From contig NC_017459.1 in the NCBI RefSeq assembly GCF_000237865.1, positions 3,090,001 to 3,122,000 on the forward strand: 32,000 nt of DNA, given 5' to 3'. The notes under the pieces are model-generated. The model was not told where the DNA came from. It did not search any database and worked only from the letters and a program-made list of their open reading frames with translations. Made by a program: the position numbers and the translations under genes. The stretch comes from Haloquadratum walsbyi C23 (GTDB lineage: Archaea; Halobacteriota; Halobacteria; Halobacteriales; Haloferacaceae). The stretch's first letter is position 1, and every line of letters starts with the position of its first letter. Positions 1-8,690 of the stretch are shown piece after piece.

Positions 1-20
1 GTGTCGACTGTACATGAGTA

Positions 21-791
21 TTACTCAATTACTTCTGCAAACCCAACGTTTGATTTGAGATCAGTCACGCGAACCCGAACAGAATCACCATTTTCGACAC
101 CTGGAACAAAGAGCGTATATCCATCGATCTTGATAATACCGTCACCCTCACTTCCGATATCAACGACTGTTGCATCTAATTCGTCACCTGGGCTGACGGG
201 TGCAGTAATACGATGTTTTCCGACAAGATATTGCTCGGATGATGAGTCTCGAGACGCATCCGGTCGAATTGATTTGACATACTCAAATTCCGTATCAACA
301 TCTTGACGAAAGTCCGCGAGATCGCGTCCATCAAATACCTTGACAATAAAATCGCCACCGGCTGGAAGTATGTCAGTGGCGACTGAAAATGCCTGTCGGG
401 CGAGATGAATCGAGCGCGCATGGTCAACTGAGTATTCACCGGTCATATTCGGCGCCATATCAGAGAGGACAACATCTACACTGCTATTATTTACTCGCTT
501 GCGAAGGGCATTTTTCGTTGATTCGTCCGTCATATCTCCTCGAATAGTATCAACGATATCAGACTCAAGATCACGAATCCGCTGGAAATCAACCCCAATA
601 ACAGTTCCAGATGGACCAACGGCCTCTGCAGCAACCTGTAGCCACCCACCTGGAGCAGCTCCAAGATCTATGACGGTATTTCCAGGACCAAACACCCCAG
701 CGTCAGCATCGATCTGCTGGAGCTTATATGCTGACCGTGTCCGATATCCCTCCTGTTTTGCACGATTATAATATTCATCACGACCTGTCAT
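21..791 (-). CDS. rlmE: 23S rRNA U2552 2'-O-ribose methyltransferase RlmE/FtsJ with C-terminal TRAM domain
   Basis: ORF 21..878 (-). The core 'YYNRAKQEGYRTRSAYKLQQID' and the SAM-binding loop 'VIDLGAAPGGW' are typical of RlmE/FtsJ. The last ~60 aa ('VVDIGSEGDGIIKIDGYTLFVPG..VRVRVTDL') look like a TRAM beta-barrel. I set the start at Met30 (ATG 789-791) because homologs begin just before the YYxxAK motif. The ORF remains open up to 878. Confidence 0.9.
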   Translation of the reverse strand: MTGRDEYYNRAKQEGYRTRSAYKLQQIDADAGVFGPGNTVIDLGAAPGGWLQVAAEAVGPSGTVIGVDFQRIRDLESDIVDTIRGDMTDESTKNALRKRVNNSSVDVVLSDMAPNMTGEYSVDHARSIHLARQAFSVATDILPAGGDFIVKVFDGRDLADFRQDVDTEFEYVKSIRPDASRDSSSEQYLVGKHRITAPVSPGDELDATVVDIGSEGDGIIKIDGYTLFVPGVENGDSVRVRVTDLKSNVGFAEVIE

Positions 792-1212
792 GTATCTCTT
801 ACCCCGTTTGCTGATATTCGCTGTAAAATGATAGCTGAACTCATCATAGTCATATGTCATTGAAGACTGCGAGGTCACAAAGATACGTCGACTGAATTAA
901 TATGTACTATCCCGCTCACAGACACAACTATCAGGATAGTAAAATCATTTCCGAGTAGGAGACGGATAATGAAATATCATATATATTAGAAATGATATGA
1001 TTATCCTGTGACGCAGTATGTTTATTATCAATTGATATTCGTCTCATTACATATATCGTCTGAATGACCTATATCCGGAGATTATCCACGCATGTATTCC
1101 ATGAACCGTTCAATATGAGAGTCTCCGGCGTGCGTTTATTATATTGATATTATTTATCGATGGCTGACATATGTATAGAAACACCTCATGATTGCTTTCT
1201 GTAAATCAGGGG

Positions 1213-1222
1213 TATTTTTAAG
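1213..1222 (+). promoter_or_regulatory. TATA-like box (TATTTTTAAG) about 28 nt upstream of the pcn ATG
   Basis: AT-rich box centred about -28 from ATG 1246. The same spacing recurs at several other genes in the window, consistent with leaderless haloarchaeal mRNAs. Confidence 0.4.
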
Positions 1223-1245
1223 ACCTATACCGTACCAGAGGATAT

Positions 1246-1989
1246 ATGTTCAAGGCCATCGTGGGCGCGTCGACACTCCAAGATGCGCTCGATTCCGTGA
1301 GCGTACTCGTCGATGAGTGCAAGATCCGACTCAACGAAGGCGAACTCGCGATTCGGGCCGTTGATCCGGCTAATGTCGGGATGGTTGATTTGGCTCTCGA
1401 TACAGCAGCGTTCGAATCGTATACAGCCGACGACGGTGTCATTGGTGTCAACCTTTCAAAACTTGAGGATTTCATTGGTATGGCTAGCGGCGACCAACTG
1501 GTTGAACTCGAACTTGATGAGGAGACACGAAAGCTCAACATTCAGATGGATGGGCTCTCATCAACACTTGCATTAATTGATCCCGATTCAATTCGACAGG
1601 AACCTGATATCCCCGATTTGGACCTTGCTGCTGAGATTATGCTTGAGGGGGCACAACTTGATCGTGGCATCAAAGCAGCTGATATGGTTTCTGATCACGT
1701 TCGATTACGTGTTGCCCCTGATACCGAAGCATATCATATTGAAGCTGAAGGTGATACCGACGATGTTGATTTCAGGCTTGATACGGATGACCTCATTGCA
1801 CTTACCGCTGGTGAGGCTGATTCATTGTTCTCACTTGATTATCTCAAAGACATGAATAAAGCGATTCCAAAAGATGCAGAGGTTACGATTGAATTAGGAC
1901 AAGAATTCCCCGTGAAGGTTCATTATGGAATTGCTGAGGGGTATGGTGAAATCACATATATGCTCGCGCCTCGAATCCAGAGTGATTAA
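1246..1989 (+). CDS. pcn: DNA polymerase sliding clamp PCNA
   Basis: 247 aa with full-length resemblance to archaeal PCNA ('[25 protein letters not shown]..', C-terminal 'ITYMLAPRI'). Acidic halophile composition. Confidence 0.97.
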   Translation: MFKAIVGASTLQDALDSVSVLVDECKIRLNEGELAIRAVDPANVGMVDLALDTAAFESYTADDGVIGVNLSKLEDFIGMASGDQLVELELDEETRKLNIQMDGLSSTLALIDPDSIRQEPDIPDLDLAAEIMLEGAQLDRGIKAADMVSDHVRLRVAPDTEAYHIEAEGDTDDVDFRLDTDDLIALTAGEADSLFSLDYLKDMNKAIPKDAEVTIELGQEFPVKVHYGIAEGYGEITYMLAPRIQSD

Positions 1990-2040
1990 TTGACCAGATT
2001 AACCGTCACAAAATTAGACCAACACAGGGCTATATCATAC

Positions 2041-2064
2041 ACTCATATACTCATATACTCATAT
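2041..2064. repeat. Perfect tandem octamer (ACTCATAT)x3 in the pcn 3' spacer
   Basis: Read directly: actcatat actcatat actcatat. It is preceded by the degenerate copy tatatcatac. Confidence 0.9.
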
Positions 2065-2154
2065 ATAGGATTTCACCGATGGATGCGTTCGGGAAGTATA
2101 TCGGTATCATCAGGTGATTGATACTGTAGGACTTGAGTGTATCAGCTCGCTCGT

Positions 2155-2766
2155 TCAGTGATGATGGCTATCGATAATACGTTTTGCTGCCTGTGCTTTT
2201 TCTTTCCACCCATAGCCAGCGTCATAGACATGTTGTTTGTCATCAACGAGTTCAGCAGGCGTTGTTTCGTCGAACCCACCTCGCGCCCATGCGCCGCTTC
2301 GCTCCAGCCATGCAATCACGTTTTCACGAGTTTCACGCCAAGAGAACCCAACCATCTCATACCATGCAATCATTGCGAAAACAGCATTATCATGACAACC
2401 CGGGACACTTCCTTGTTGGAATATTGTTCGCATTGGCTCACGAGTTGGCTCTGAAACCTCCTCGCGAAACTCCTCTGCTGTTCGAAGCCTCACAATGCCG
2501 TTTCGTTCAGTAACACGCTCGTCCCGCATCAATCGCTCAAGTGCGGCATTATGAAGCGCACTCCATTCCCCATCGACAACTGTCGGTAACAGTTCACGGT
2601 CAATCGGTCCTGCGGTTAGTTCGACGATAATATCCGTATATGCTTTTTCAACGACTGACCACGGTGTTCCCTCAAACTGGCACTCAGACGCGTGAAGGCT
2701 GCTTGTTGACCGGCAATCGGGGCAGGGATACTCAAACTGCGGCACGACAGTGCTGTGACGGTGCAC
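2155..2766 (-). CDS. Conserved hypothetical protein with N-terminal CPxC..H..C zinc-finger-like motif and helical C-terminal domain
   Basis: 203-aa acidic ORF between pcn and priL, divergent from priL. It carries 'YPCPDCRSTSSLHASEC' near the N-terminus. The C-terminal 'GCHDNAVFAMIAWYEMVGFSWRETRENVIAWL..' is loosely reminiscent of primase C-terminal (PriCT-like) helical domains. I cannot assign a function. Confidence 0.8.
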   Translation of the reverse strand: MHRHSTVVPQFEYPCPDCRSTSSLHASECQFEGTPWSVVEKAYTDIIVELTAGPIDRELLPTVVDGEWSALHNAALERLMRDERVTERNGIVRLRTAEEFREEVSEPTREPMRTIFQQGSVPGCHDNAVFAMIAWYEMVGFSWRETRENVIAWLERSGAWARGGFDETTPAELVDDKQHVYDAGYGWKEKAQAAKRIIDSHHH

Positions 2767-2828
2767 TGATTTAGATGCGTCGGACCGTCGCGCTTATTCC
2801 AGCGTGTCGAGTAAAGAGTGATAACTAC

Positions 2829-4070
2829 GTGGACTCGCGTCACGCTCGGTATCCATTCTTTGAAGCAGCGCAGGTAGCCGTCCGAGACGCAGACGTCTCA
2901 CCAGCATCACTAATCACAGCCGATGCACCCGCTGTTGACCGCGGTCATGAGCGGGTTAAACGTGCGCTTCTTTCTGGGACGGTCAATTCAGAAACACCCC
3001 GACGATGGAGCACCCGGACAGAGGTATTATCATATCCGATTGCCCGAATTCTTGTTTCAGTTATCGATGTTCCGGCGGCAATTGATAAATATGCACGCGC
3101 TGAAGCAGCGACAGCGCAAGAGCGATTGCAGACGGATATTGTCGAAGATCATGATATAGATCAACTCCAGAGCACACAAAGCCAATCAATTTCATTTGAG
3201 GCTGTCCTTACAGAATTTGGACTTGATTCATCGGTTTATTCCGCACAGTCTGATGAAGCACCCAGCGTGATAGAACAACGAAAAGAATTAGATTCAACGC
3301 TGATACAGCACACAGATACAGATGGCTATTGGATTGAACTTGGAGCGTACCTCTCACTTGCAGACCGAGAATGGGGACAAAGTTGGCGGTTGACAGCACG
3401 AGAAGTGACTGATGGGATGGTGTATGTTGATGTATCAGATATTTTTACTTTGATTGAGTCAGCAATCGAAGATCGGGTTGCCGCAGGGCTTCCATTCGAT
3501 GTTCAGGGAAGTGATGGTGGTGACGTAATCGTTGATGCGCTGACTGACGCCGTTAGTGATCTTCGAGAGCTTGTGAGTGATAATTCTGCGGCCGACCGGG
3601 TCGGTGCAGGTGTTGATTTTGTTGCTCCAAGTCAATTTCCACCATGTATGCAGACACTTGTTAATAAAGCACGCAGTGGTGAAGAATTAGCTAATCACGC
3701 TGAGTTTGCGCTCGTGTCATTTCTTGTTGCGATGGATGCTGACGTAGAAACCATATTAACAATCTTAGAGTACGATCAAGACAATCAAGATGAAAAGACA
3801 GCCGTCGCCGAAGGTGTCCACACCGACACAGAAGAGACGACAACGACCACTCGTGAGCGAATCGAAACGCGAGTGCGATACCTGAATGATCGACAGGGAG
3901 CAGGAACACAGTATCCACCACCATCATGTGCAACAATGCAGGCATATGGTGATTGCACCGACCCAGATGAACGGTGTGCAGAGATTACAGATCCAGTTTC
4001 ATACTATATTGAGGCAATAGATGCAGTGGATAATCCGTCAGAGTACGCCGGGGGTCACACCGATACATAA
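2829..4070 (+). CDS. priL: DNA primase large subunit PriL
   Basis: ORF 2775..4070. It has 'RHARYPFF' near the N-terminus, the Fe-S cluster cysteines ('FPPCMQ' plus 'PPSCATMQAYGDCTDPDERC') and 'ANHAEFALVSFLV'. I set the start at GTG 2829 (M-D-S-RHARYPFF) because homologs begin a few residues before this motif. This leaves a 62-nt divergent spacer with an AT-rich element about 28 nt upstream. ATG 2775 is the alternative. There is a Thr/Glu-rich insert (..HTDTEETTTTTRE..). Confidence 0.92.
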   Translation: MDSRHARYPFFEAAQVAVRDADVSPASLITADAPAVDRGHERVKRALLSGTVNSETPRRWSTRTEVLSYPIARILVSVIDVPAAIDKYARAEAATAQERLQTDIVEDHDIDQLQSTQSQSISFEAVLTEFGLDSSVYSAQSDEAPSVIEQRKELDSTLIQHTDTDGYWIELGAYLSLADREWGQSWRLTAREVTDGMVYVDVSDIFTLIESAIEDRVAAGLPFDVQGSDGGDVIVDALTDAVSDLRELVSDNSAADRVGAGVDFVAPSQFPPCMQTLVNKARSGEELANHAEFALVSFLVAMDADVETILTILEYDQDNQDEKTAVAEGVHTDTEETTTTTRERIETRVRYLNDRQGAGTQYPPPSCATMQAYGDCTDPDERCAEITDPVSYYIEAIDAVDNPSEYAGGHTDT

Positions 4071-4132
4071 GCACGGATACCTAAATGCAAAAATAGCGGA
4101 GTCATCTAACTGAGCGATTGTATATCATACAG

Positions 4133-4327
4133 TCACTCACCAAGAAAAATACCAACACCACCCATTGCAAGGATGAACAATGCAATCGCAGCGACAAGAG
4201 CGAGTGCACCCTGTGAGCCAAAGTCCGGACCAAAGCTAAGTCCGATTCCGACAAAGACTGCTAAAAATAGCAATACTGAACTCGTGGAGACGACGATCTT
4301 CCGACGCATCTCCGCATCGATATCCAT
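4133..4327 (-). CDS. Small membrane protein with two predicted TM helices
   Basis: 64 aa: 'MDIDAEMRRK' followed by two hydrophobic helices. A TATA-like TATTTTAG (plus 4350..4357) lies about 27 nt upstream of the ATG. Confidence 0.55.
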   Translation of the reverse strand: MDIDAEMRRKIVVSTSSVLLFLAVFVGIGLSFGPDFGSQGALALVAAIALFILAMGGVGIFLGE

Positions 4328-4349
4328 ACCCGGTCTTCTAGTGGCCGTT

Positions 4350-4357
4350 CTAAAATA
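4350..4357 (-). promoter_or_regulatory. TATA-like box (TATTTTAG on the minus strand) about 27 nt upstream of the small membrane protein ATG
   Basis: Position and sequence read directly. The spacing matches other genes in the window. Confidence 0.35.
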
Positions 4358-4479
4358 CTTTCGAGGACGTACTCATCATATTCATTTGTCTGCGCTATTG
4401 GTTTTTGATTTTGTTAAGTTCATAGTAGACCGTGAGATCACTATCCTCTCACGACCACATCGTCATCGTATGATTTCAC

Positions 4480-4944
4480 TCATTCGCCTATGTTTTCAGT
4501 GGTATCATCGGTAGTATCGGAGTCAATATCACTCAATCGAGACTGTGAAAGCCCACCGACAAAAGACTCAAAATCCTCACCAGCGCTCAGTGCAGTTTCC
4601 TTTTTTACTCGGTAGTTTCCCCCATCAGTCACGTGAAGTTCATTTGGATGAAAGAAAAACCAAGATTCACGATCAAAGCGGATTCCGATTCGTGCTTTTG
4701 CTCCAAAGTTTTGTGCAAAGTAGATGAGTGATTCAATCTCCTCACCTGTGAGATAAATTGGTCTGCCAGCACTTGATTTTGCTTCAATTGCATAGAACGT
4801 CTCGCCATTTCCTGCAAGCACATCAGGGAGATCACGTTCGGTCGCAGACCCCGATGCCGGTGCGCGCATTACTGCAAATCCGGCTTCATCAAGCTGATTT
4901 ACTAGTTCGCGCTCACGACGGTCCCCTTTCCGGTTTGCAGCCAT
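4480..4944 (-). CDS. hjc: Holliday junction resolvase Hjc
   Basis: 154 aa. '[27 protein letters not shown]' and '..[18 protein letters not shown]' match the archaeal Hjc nuclease core (E..PD..ExK). It has an acidic Thr/Asp tail. GTTTATATC lies about 27 nt upstream (plus 4967..4975). Confidence 0.93.
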   Translation of the reverse strand: MAANRKGDRRERELVNQLDEAGFAVMRAPASGSATERDLPDVLAGNGETFYAIEAKSSAGRPIYLTGEEIESLIYFAQNFGAKARIGIRFDRESWFFFHPNELHVTDGGNYRVKKETALSAGEDFESFVGGLSQSRLSDIDSDTTDDTTENIGE

Positions 4945-5039
4945 GCCATATTTTGGGTACGACGTTGATATAAACCGGACGACCTGCTCGAGATGATAAT
5001 GCGGTATAGGTAATCCAGTGAATCAGGGAATGGAACCAT

Positions 5040-5507
5040 TCACTCATATTCATATACCTCTCGAAGGAAGACCAATGCAGCACCGAACATCGCGAGGTTA
5101 CCAAAAAATGAAAGTCGCTCTCCATCACGAGAGTCCTCATCAGCGTTTCAAAAGTCATGCATCGTCATCGTGACGGCAGCTAAGAAGGTGGCAGTCGCAC
5201 CAGTTGAGATCCGTGGGAATCACCAGAGCACAACGCCAAGACCACTTACGAGCATCATTCCAGAGGCAAGTGGTGCAAGAAGCACTGGTATAGGTACGCC
5301 TGCAGACTCAGCGTACTCAATTGTTTCATCCATATCGCGGAAGTCTTCAGATGCTTGTAACGTAAGACCGAGTCCAAATAACACACGACCGACGGTTGAT
5401 GGGTTATTACCAGCAGTGTCATTCCCGTCTCGTGATCCCGGATCAACAGTGCCTTGAGATTGCATGTCATCCAATGGGATCCATTTCCGAATAAGTACTA
5501 ATATCAA
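5040..5507 (-). pseudogene. DoxX-family membrane protein gene interrupted by two in-frame TGA codons
   Basis: I translated one continuous minus-strand frame by hand: ..GRVLFGLGLTLQASEDFRDMDETIEYAESAGVPIPVLLAPLASGMMLVSGLGVVLW * FPRISTGATATFLAAVTMTMHDF * NADEDSRDGERLSFFGNLAMFGAALVFLREVYEYE *. The internal TGAs are at 5220-5222 and 5148-5150, and the terminal TGA is at 5040-5042. The whole length (~155 aa) resembles haloarchaeal DoxX proteins, and there is no frameshift. Confidence 0.6.
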
Positions 5508-5571
5508 TTGGCTCGGTATCCGTTCTTAAATTGACAGTGGGTTCATATCATTATATACTGTATTGCACTCT

Positions 5572-6054
5572 ATGAGCGTTGAAGATAGTGACCGAATAGT
5601 CGTTGAGTATATTGGTCGCTTTGCTGATGGGACTGTATTTAGCACATCACGACAAGAAGTTGCAATCAAGCACGGGTTGACAACTGAGGGTTGTGACCCA
5701 CTGGTATTTACTGTTGGTTCTGAAGAGGTGATCGAGGGACTTGATCAAGCAGTCCGCGGGTTGAGCACCGGTGAGGAAACAACGGTTGAAATCCCCCCAG
5801 AAGCCGCATATGGACCGGTTCGAAATGACCGTATTAGAGAGTATGATTGTGAAACATTTGAGGGAATGGTTGGTGAGCCTCCGAGTGTTGGACTGCACGT
5901 AGAGGCTGAGAATGGACTTCACGGTGATGTTGTTGCTGTTCATAATAATACAGTTGAGGTTGACTTTAATCATGAACTCGCCGGAAAAACACTCTATTTC
6001 GAGCTACAAATCACCGATTGCCAATCAACAACAGAATCAATATATTCAAATTAA
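5572..6054 (+). CDS. FKBP-type peptidyl-prolyl cis-trans isomerase (SlyD-like)
   Basis: 'VVEYIGRFADGTVFSTS..', 'VIEGLDQAVRGLSTGEETTVEIPPEAAYG' and 'VEVDFNHELAGKTLYFELQI' are the FKBP core with an insert-in-flap region. The track ORF starts at TTG 5563; ATG 5572 is more likely. CATATCAT lies about 25 nt upstream. Confidence 0.9.
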   Translation: MSVEDSDRIVVEYIGRFADGTVFSTSRQEVAIKHGLTTEGCDPLVFTVGSEEVIEGLDQAVRGLSTGEETTVEIPPEAAYGPVRNDRIREYDCETFEGMVGEPPSVGLHVEAENGLHGDVVAVHNNTVEVDFNHELAGKTLYFELQITDCQSTTESIYSN

Positions 6055-6220
6055 CGTTCTCTGTCACATGTATGATAACCTATTCCTAGAATCAGCGTAA
6101 CAAAATAACGAATATATTTATTTATACGTGCACTAAGTATGGTAAATATACCTTATTCGTAATATATTTTGCTATATATGTATACATTTGTTGAACAGAG
6201 TATTGGTTGAATCCGACGGG

Positions 6221-6230
6221 TTTTTATATG
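6221..6230 (+). promoter_or_regulatory. Strong TATA box (TTTTTATATG) about 25 nt upstream of the 55-aa ORF
   Basis: Read directly. The TTTATA core at 6223-6228 sits upstream of ATG 6251. Confidence 0.45.
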
Positions 6231-6250
6231 AGTGAGACAAACTAACATAC

Positions 6251-6418
6251 ATGACGCCCGATGTGACGACACAGTCCGACGCGTCACGCGCTGAGGTGAT
6301 GTCCTCGGTGGATGCTACTCCAACACAGTCTGAGTTCGTTATTGCAGACGTCACATGCGATGACGCGTGGCTGTCGATGCGGACAACAGAGGCGCCACTG
6401 CTCGAGGAATGGGCATAA
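6251..6418 (+). CDS. Small acidic protein (55 aa), conserved-hypothetical type
   Basis: Not in the ORF track (<60 aa). Hand translation: MTPDVTTQSDASRAEVMSSVDATPTQSEFVIADVTCDDAWLSMRTTEAPLLEEWA*. It forms a GC-richer island within AT-rich spacer, has acidic composition and a TATA box at -25. The '..FVIAD..DDAWLS..' pattern resembles small haloarchaeal proteins I recall, but this is unverified. Confidence 0.6.
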   Translation: MTPDVTTQSDASRAEVMSSVDATPTQSEFVIADVTCDDAWLSMRTTEAPLLEEWA

Positions 6419-6612
6419 TTGCTCATCATTACATGAGTGCGTGGGAGGTTTTTAATTAAATCGCATCTCACGACGAGATCGAGAATACGTCTATATGCAC
6501 TGATGACTGATACTGATAATTTTTAATGGTTTTGAAAATTACATTATAGAAACAAAGTATTTTGAGTATATTCGCAGTCTTAGATGAATCAGCCAGACGA
6601 GATATACTCAGC

Positions 6613-8373
6613 TTATAGTCGATTTGCGATTGTGTCGGCAGTCTGTTTACCAACACCAGGTACATCACAAAGTGCATCTCGAGAAGCGGAACGGACGTTT
6701 TCAACACTTCCAAATCGCCGTAATAATGCTTGTTGTGTCTGTTCACCAACGCCAGGAACATCGCTCAGAACGGTGTGAATATCATCGCGGATGCTTTGAT
6801 GATATTGGACAGCAAATCGATGTGCTTCATCTCGGACGCGCTGGAGTAAGTGTAGTTGTGGTGCATCAGCGTCCCAGTCATGCACTCCATTCGGTGTCAC
6901 AACGAGTTCATCAGCTTTCGCAAGTGCAATTGTTGAGACATCCCATCCTGTCGTCTCAACTGCTTCCCTGGCGGCGCGGAGTTGTCCTTTGCCACCATCG
7001 ATTACAATAAGATCTGGATCAGGGCGTTCATCACGTCCATCACAGGCTCGCTTTGCTCGCCATGTGAGGAGTTCCTGCATTCGTGCGTAGTCATCATTGG
7101 TATCTGTCAAACGCTTTCGCCGGTATGCATCAGTCGCCGCGGATCCATCAATGAAACAGACATTACTTCCAACAACTGCACGTCCCTGGCTATGACTGAC
7201 ATCAAATCCCTCAATTCGATTGATTATTGAAAAGCCAAGTGCATCTGCGAGAGCAGCAGATTCATTATCATGTACTGAACCATTTCGTGCATTCTTCAAT
7301 GCGAGATCGATAAGCTTCGATTCTCGTCCTGTTCCTGGAACACGGATATTAACTCCCTCAACAGACAGCCACTCACGGACATCATTGTCATGAGGATGTT
7401 CTGAACATAAAATAGCATCTGGAAGAGATCGTTCAGCGTAATATTGGGTTAGGAATGCGGTTAATACTGCTGATGCTCGATCCTCACCAGTGGGTGCATT
7501 GAGTCGATGCTGAGATCGATCCACGAGTTGACCATTATCACTATGTAATCGTGCAACTGTGGCGGTTGTCCCCTCGATAGCAACACCAAGGACATCAACG
7601 GCACGCTCACTCGTTGTTTCAGCAGTATGACTGTTATCTTCACTTGACACAGCAGCTTCACCACCACCATGGAATGATTCGATTACCGCAAGTCGATCCC
7701 GAATATTTGCCGCTCGCTCAAATTCTTCTGCTGTCGCAGCCGCTTGCATTTCTTGACGAAGTGGATCAGCGAGGATGCCCGTTTTGCCTTCAAAGAACTG
7801 AACCGCAGATTCAACAGCAGACCGATACGCAGTCGCATCAATTTCGCCAGTACAAGGAGCTGAACAAAGACCGACTTCATACTCAAGACAGGGTCGACTT
7901 CGATTATTGTATTTATGATCAGAGCATCCACGGAGACCATATACCTCTCGAAGTGCTTTGACCGCCGTTTCAAGCCGTTTTACCTCAGTATATGGTCCGA
8001 ACACAGTTGCATCTGAATCAGGATCACGTGTTACCTCGATTCGTGGGACTGAGTGATTCGTGAACTGCACCAGCGGATATGATTTATCATCTTTTAATCG
8101 AACATTGTATCGCGGCTGATGGCGTTTAATAAGATTTGCCTCAAGTAACAATGCCTGCGTTTCTGTCTCGGTCAGTGCAATATCAATATCGTCTGCACGG
8201 GCAACCATCTGCCTAATTCGCTCACTTCGTGGGTCAGCGTATGATCGGACACGATCACGGAGTTCCAATGCTTTCCCAACGTACCGAACTGTATCATCCT
8301 CAAGAAACTGATAAACCCCTGGTTCAGCCGGTAACTCGGCTGCACGCTCACGCAGTTCCCGCTGTTTCATCAC
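6613..8373 (-). CDS. uvrC: Excinuclease ABC subunit C (UvrC)
   Basis: 586 aa. It has an N-terminal GIY-YIG domain ('[18 protein letters not shown]..'), a UVR domain, an Endo V-like domain and a C-terminal (HhH)2 ('[29 protein letters not shown]'). Confidence 0.97.
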   Translation of the reverse strand: MMKQRELRERAAELPAEPGVYQFLEDDTVRYVGKALELRDRVRSYADPRSERIRQMVARADDIDIALTETETQALLLEANLIKRHQPRYNVRLKDDKSYPLVQFTNHSVPRIEVTRDPDSDATVFGPYTEVKRLETAVKALREVYGLRGCSDHKYNNRSRPCLEYEVGLCSAPCTGEIDATAYRSAVESAVQFFEGKTGILADPLRQEMQAAATAEEFERAANIRDRLAVIESFHGGGEAAVSSEDNSHTAETTSERAVDVLGVAIEGTTATVARLHSDNGQLVDRSQHRLNAPTGEDRASAVLTAFLTQYYAERSLPDAILCSEHPHDNDVREWLSVEGVNIRVPGTGRESKLIDLALKNARNGSVHDNESAALADALGFSIINRIEGFDVSHSQGRAVVGSNVCFIDGSAATDAYRRKRLTDTNDDYARMQELLTWRAKRACDGRDERPDPDLIVIDGGKGQLRAAREAVETTGWDVSTIALAKADELVVTPNGVHDWDADAPQLHLLQRVRDEAHRFAVQYHQSIRDDIHTVLSDVPGVGEQTQQALLRRFGSVENVRSASRDALCDVPGVGKQTADTIANRL

Positions 8374-8690
8374 TAATTACTATCTGGTCCATCGGCTTGA
8401 GGGTAACGTGACAGATATGCATATTTGTTTGATATGGTTGTGAGCACGTTCCGAGATAGTCTCCGTCCCATCTGTATATAGAACTCATCAAAAAACAATG
8501 ATCGGAGCACCTGAGAGCAACAAACGAAACGGATGATAAGTATAGATTGTTATCTTGAGCATAACTGCAGTCATGACAGTTTTCAACTCGTTTGTTCCTA
8601 ATACCCTCAATTTCAAACATAGTAACTATATCAAATAGAGTAAAATCCTATTACCAAACAATTTACCCGCTAACTGGAAGACACTCTAAT

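Noticed and set aside
1-306. 101-aa + strand ORF at the window start
   Set aside because: It lies entirely antisense to the well-supported rlmE/TRAM coding region. Its Ser/Thr/Pro-rich, non-acidic composition is typical of a shadow ORF.
880-1245. Possible replication origin in the long AT-rich rlmE-pcn spacer
   Set aside because: There is no adjacent orc1/cdc6 gene and no set of long ORB-like repeats. I found only one short duplicated motif and an imperfect palindrome, so I report it only as a possible regulatory region.
4173-4514. 113-aa + strand ORF
   Set aside because: It is basic and non-halophilic in composition. It overlaps the more plausible minus-strand two-TM small protein and then runs through AT-rich spacer.
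4913-5158. 81-aa minus-strand ORF between hjc and the DoxX fragment
   Set aside because: It is out of frame with the DoxX reading frame, which continues convincingly through this region. It also overlaps the hjc start and promoter.
5148-5222. TGA recoding (Trp or selenocysteine) as an explanation for the two in-frame stops in DoxX
   Set aside because: TGA clearly terminates neighbouring genes (lysW, lysX, metY, the ABC ATPase). I see no SECIS-like element, and haloarchaea are not known to use Sec. A pseudogene or allele is the simpler explanation.
6172-6471. 99-aa minus-strand ORF
   Set aside because: It has Ser/His/Val-rich, non-acidic composition and extends into AT-rich spacer. The opposite-strand 55-aa ORF has a proper TATA box and halophile-like composition.
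8348-8620. 90-aa minus-strand ORF in the uvrC / ABC divergent spacer
   Set aside because: It overlaps the uvrC start. It is Cys/His-rich and non-acidic and lies in AT-rich promoter DNA.
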